This document shows positions 62,150-64,000 of a DNA stretch of 64,000 nt, piece after piece. The DNA is taken from the NCBI GenBank assembly GCA_038087875.1, contig CM075994.1, positions 3,164,001-3,228,000 of the forward strand. The letters are read 5' to 3'. The DNA comes from Malacoraja senta. Taxonomy: Eukaryota. Under the pieces are notes generated by a model that worked only from the letters and a program-made list of their open reading frames with translations, was not told where the DNA came from and ran no database searches. The first letter of the stretch is position 1, and every line of letters starts with the position of its first letter. The translations under genes were made by a program, and so were the position numbers.

Positions 62150-63797
62150 TCCAAACAGGAAGTACGATACAAAGGGGACTTAGAGGCAACCGTGGCTGTC
62201 AAGAGAAGTTAGGGATGGTTGGAGTAAAACTAAAAGAAAAGTTGTATAACATAACTGAGAGTTTCGGGAAGCCAGAGGATTGGGAAACGTTCAAGGCCAA
62301 CAGAAGGAACAAAAAGAGCAATACGGGGTGAAAAGATGAAGTACGAGAGTAAGCTGGCCAAGAATATATAGAAGGATTGTAAACGCTTCTTCATGTAGGT
62401 TAAGAGAGGAAGATTAGTAAGGACAATGTGCGTACCCTAAAGGCAGAAAGAGGTGAAGAAATTATGGGGAACAAGTTAATGACAGAAGAGTTGAACAGGC
62501 ACTTTGGTTCTGTCTTCACAGAAGGAAGACACAGACAATCTCCCAGATGTACTAGAAGGGAACGGAAATAAATTTGCATTAGCCAAGAAGTAGTAACGGG
62601 TAGACTGATGAGACTGAAGGCTGATGAATTTCCATGGCCTGATGGTCTGCATCCCAGGGTACTGCAGGAGGTGACTCTCGCAATCGTGGACGCATTGGTG
62701 ATAATTTTCCAATATCCTATAGATTCAGGATCAGTTCCGGTGAGTTGGAGGGTAACTAATGTTAACCCATTTTCAAGAAAGGAGCGAGAGAGAAAACGAT
62801 AAATTATAGACCAGCTAGCCTGATATCAGTGGTGGGGCAGATGCTGGAGTTATTTGTTGAAGAACTAATAACGGCGCATTTGATTAGCAGTAAAAGGATT
62901 GGACCAATTCAGCATGGATTTATGGGGGAAATCCTGTTTCACTAATCTTCTGGAATTTGTTGCAGATGCAGTGTAGTATAGATGAATGTGGGGTTATCCA
63001 CTTTGGCGGCATGAACAAGGAGGCAGATAATTATCTCAATGGTGTCAGATTAGGAAAAGGGGAAGTGCAACGAGACCTGGGTGTCCGCGTGCACCTGTCA
63101 TTGAATGTCTACATGCAGGTACAGCAGGCAGTGAAGAAAGCTGATGGCATATTGCTCTTTATAATGAGAGGATGTATGTATTGGAGTAAATAGGTCCTTC
63201 TGCAGTTGTACAAGACTCTGGTGAGACCACATCGGGAGTATTGCCTGTAGTTTTGGTCTCCTCATTTGAATACGAACATTCTTATTATTATTATTATTCT
63301 TGCTATTGGGGCAGTGCAGTGTAGGTTCACGAGGGTAATCCCCGAGATGGCGGGACTGTCATATGATGAAAGATTGGAATGTATGGGCATTTATACAATG
63401 GAATTTACAAGGATGAGCGGGGATCTTACAGAAAAATACAAAATTATAAAAGGACACGACAAGCCAGGTGCAGGAAAATGTCCCCAATGTTCGCGCACTC
63501 CAGAACCAGGGGGCCGCAGTCCAAGAATAAAGGGGAGGCCATTTAAAACTGAGACGATGAAAAACGTTTTAACCCAGAGAGTTGTAAATTCTCTGCCACA
63601 GAAGGCAGTAGAGCCAATTCACTAGATTAATTTAAAAGATAGTTGGTTAGAGCTCAGGAGGCTAGCGGAATCAATTGATATGGGGAGAAAGCGGGCACGG
63701 GTTACTGATTGTGGATGATCAGCCATGAACACAATGCTTGCTCGAAGAGCCAAATGCCCCCCCCCCCCTGCACTTATTTTCTATGTTTCTATGTTTC
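62150..63797 (+). mobile_element. Decayed CR1 LINE with a large internal deletion near 62958
   Basis: PDGLHPRVL; CGVIHFGG; 3' tail ctatgtttctatgttt. Confidence 0.9.
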
Positions 63798-63890
63798 AAT
63801 ATCAAATCCTTAGATTTAACGTATTAAAATGAAATTAGAGGAAGAAATGTGTCAGCATTTCAAGTTCTTTCTGTTCTCCATTTGCAACAG

Positions 63891-63901
63891 AAGAGAAGTG
63901 A
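63891..63901 (+). CDS. Candidate terminal coding exon start (EEK*)
   Basis: Strong acceptor ttctttctgttctccatttgcaacag; the phase-1 frame reaches TGA at 63899-63901. Confidence 0.3.
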
Positions 63902-64000
63902 CCATGAATGTTACCGTTCATCCTTTGATACAGTTAATACATTACTTCCTGGCAAATGCGAACCTTTTACGTCAAATATGTTGCAAATTAGATTCGTATC

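Overview
Repeat-dense vertebrate genomic DNA with two 200-N assembly gaps. The CR1-dominated content with (CATAGAAA)n-type tails, a V-SINE-like element and Penelope elements suggests a cartilaginous fish, probably a skate or ray; this is inference. Most long ORFs are transposon-derived: many truncated or decayed CR1 LINEs, Rex/Babar and L2 fragments, a complete but frameshifted Gypsy LTR element (216-bp LTRs, 5-bp TSD), a ~9.8-kb triple tandem array of Neptune-type Penelope-like elements carrying hammerhead-ribozyme motifs, and a ~4.9-kb defective Helitron with canonical ends. The AT-rich DNA between the transposons contains a series of very short AG...GT-bounded, mostly phase-1 symmetric, purine-rich segments on the + strand (mostly 12-36 nt). 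They look like the exons of an unidentified micro-exon gene spanning the whole window and are invisible in the ORF track. That gene model was picked by eye and is unverified.
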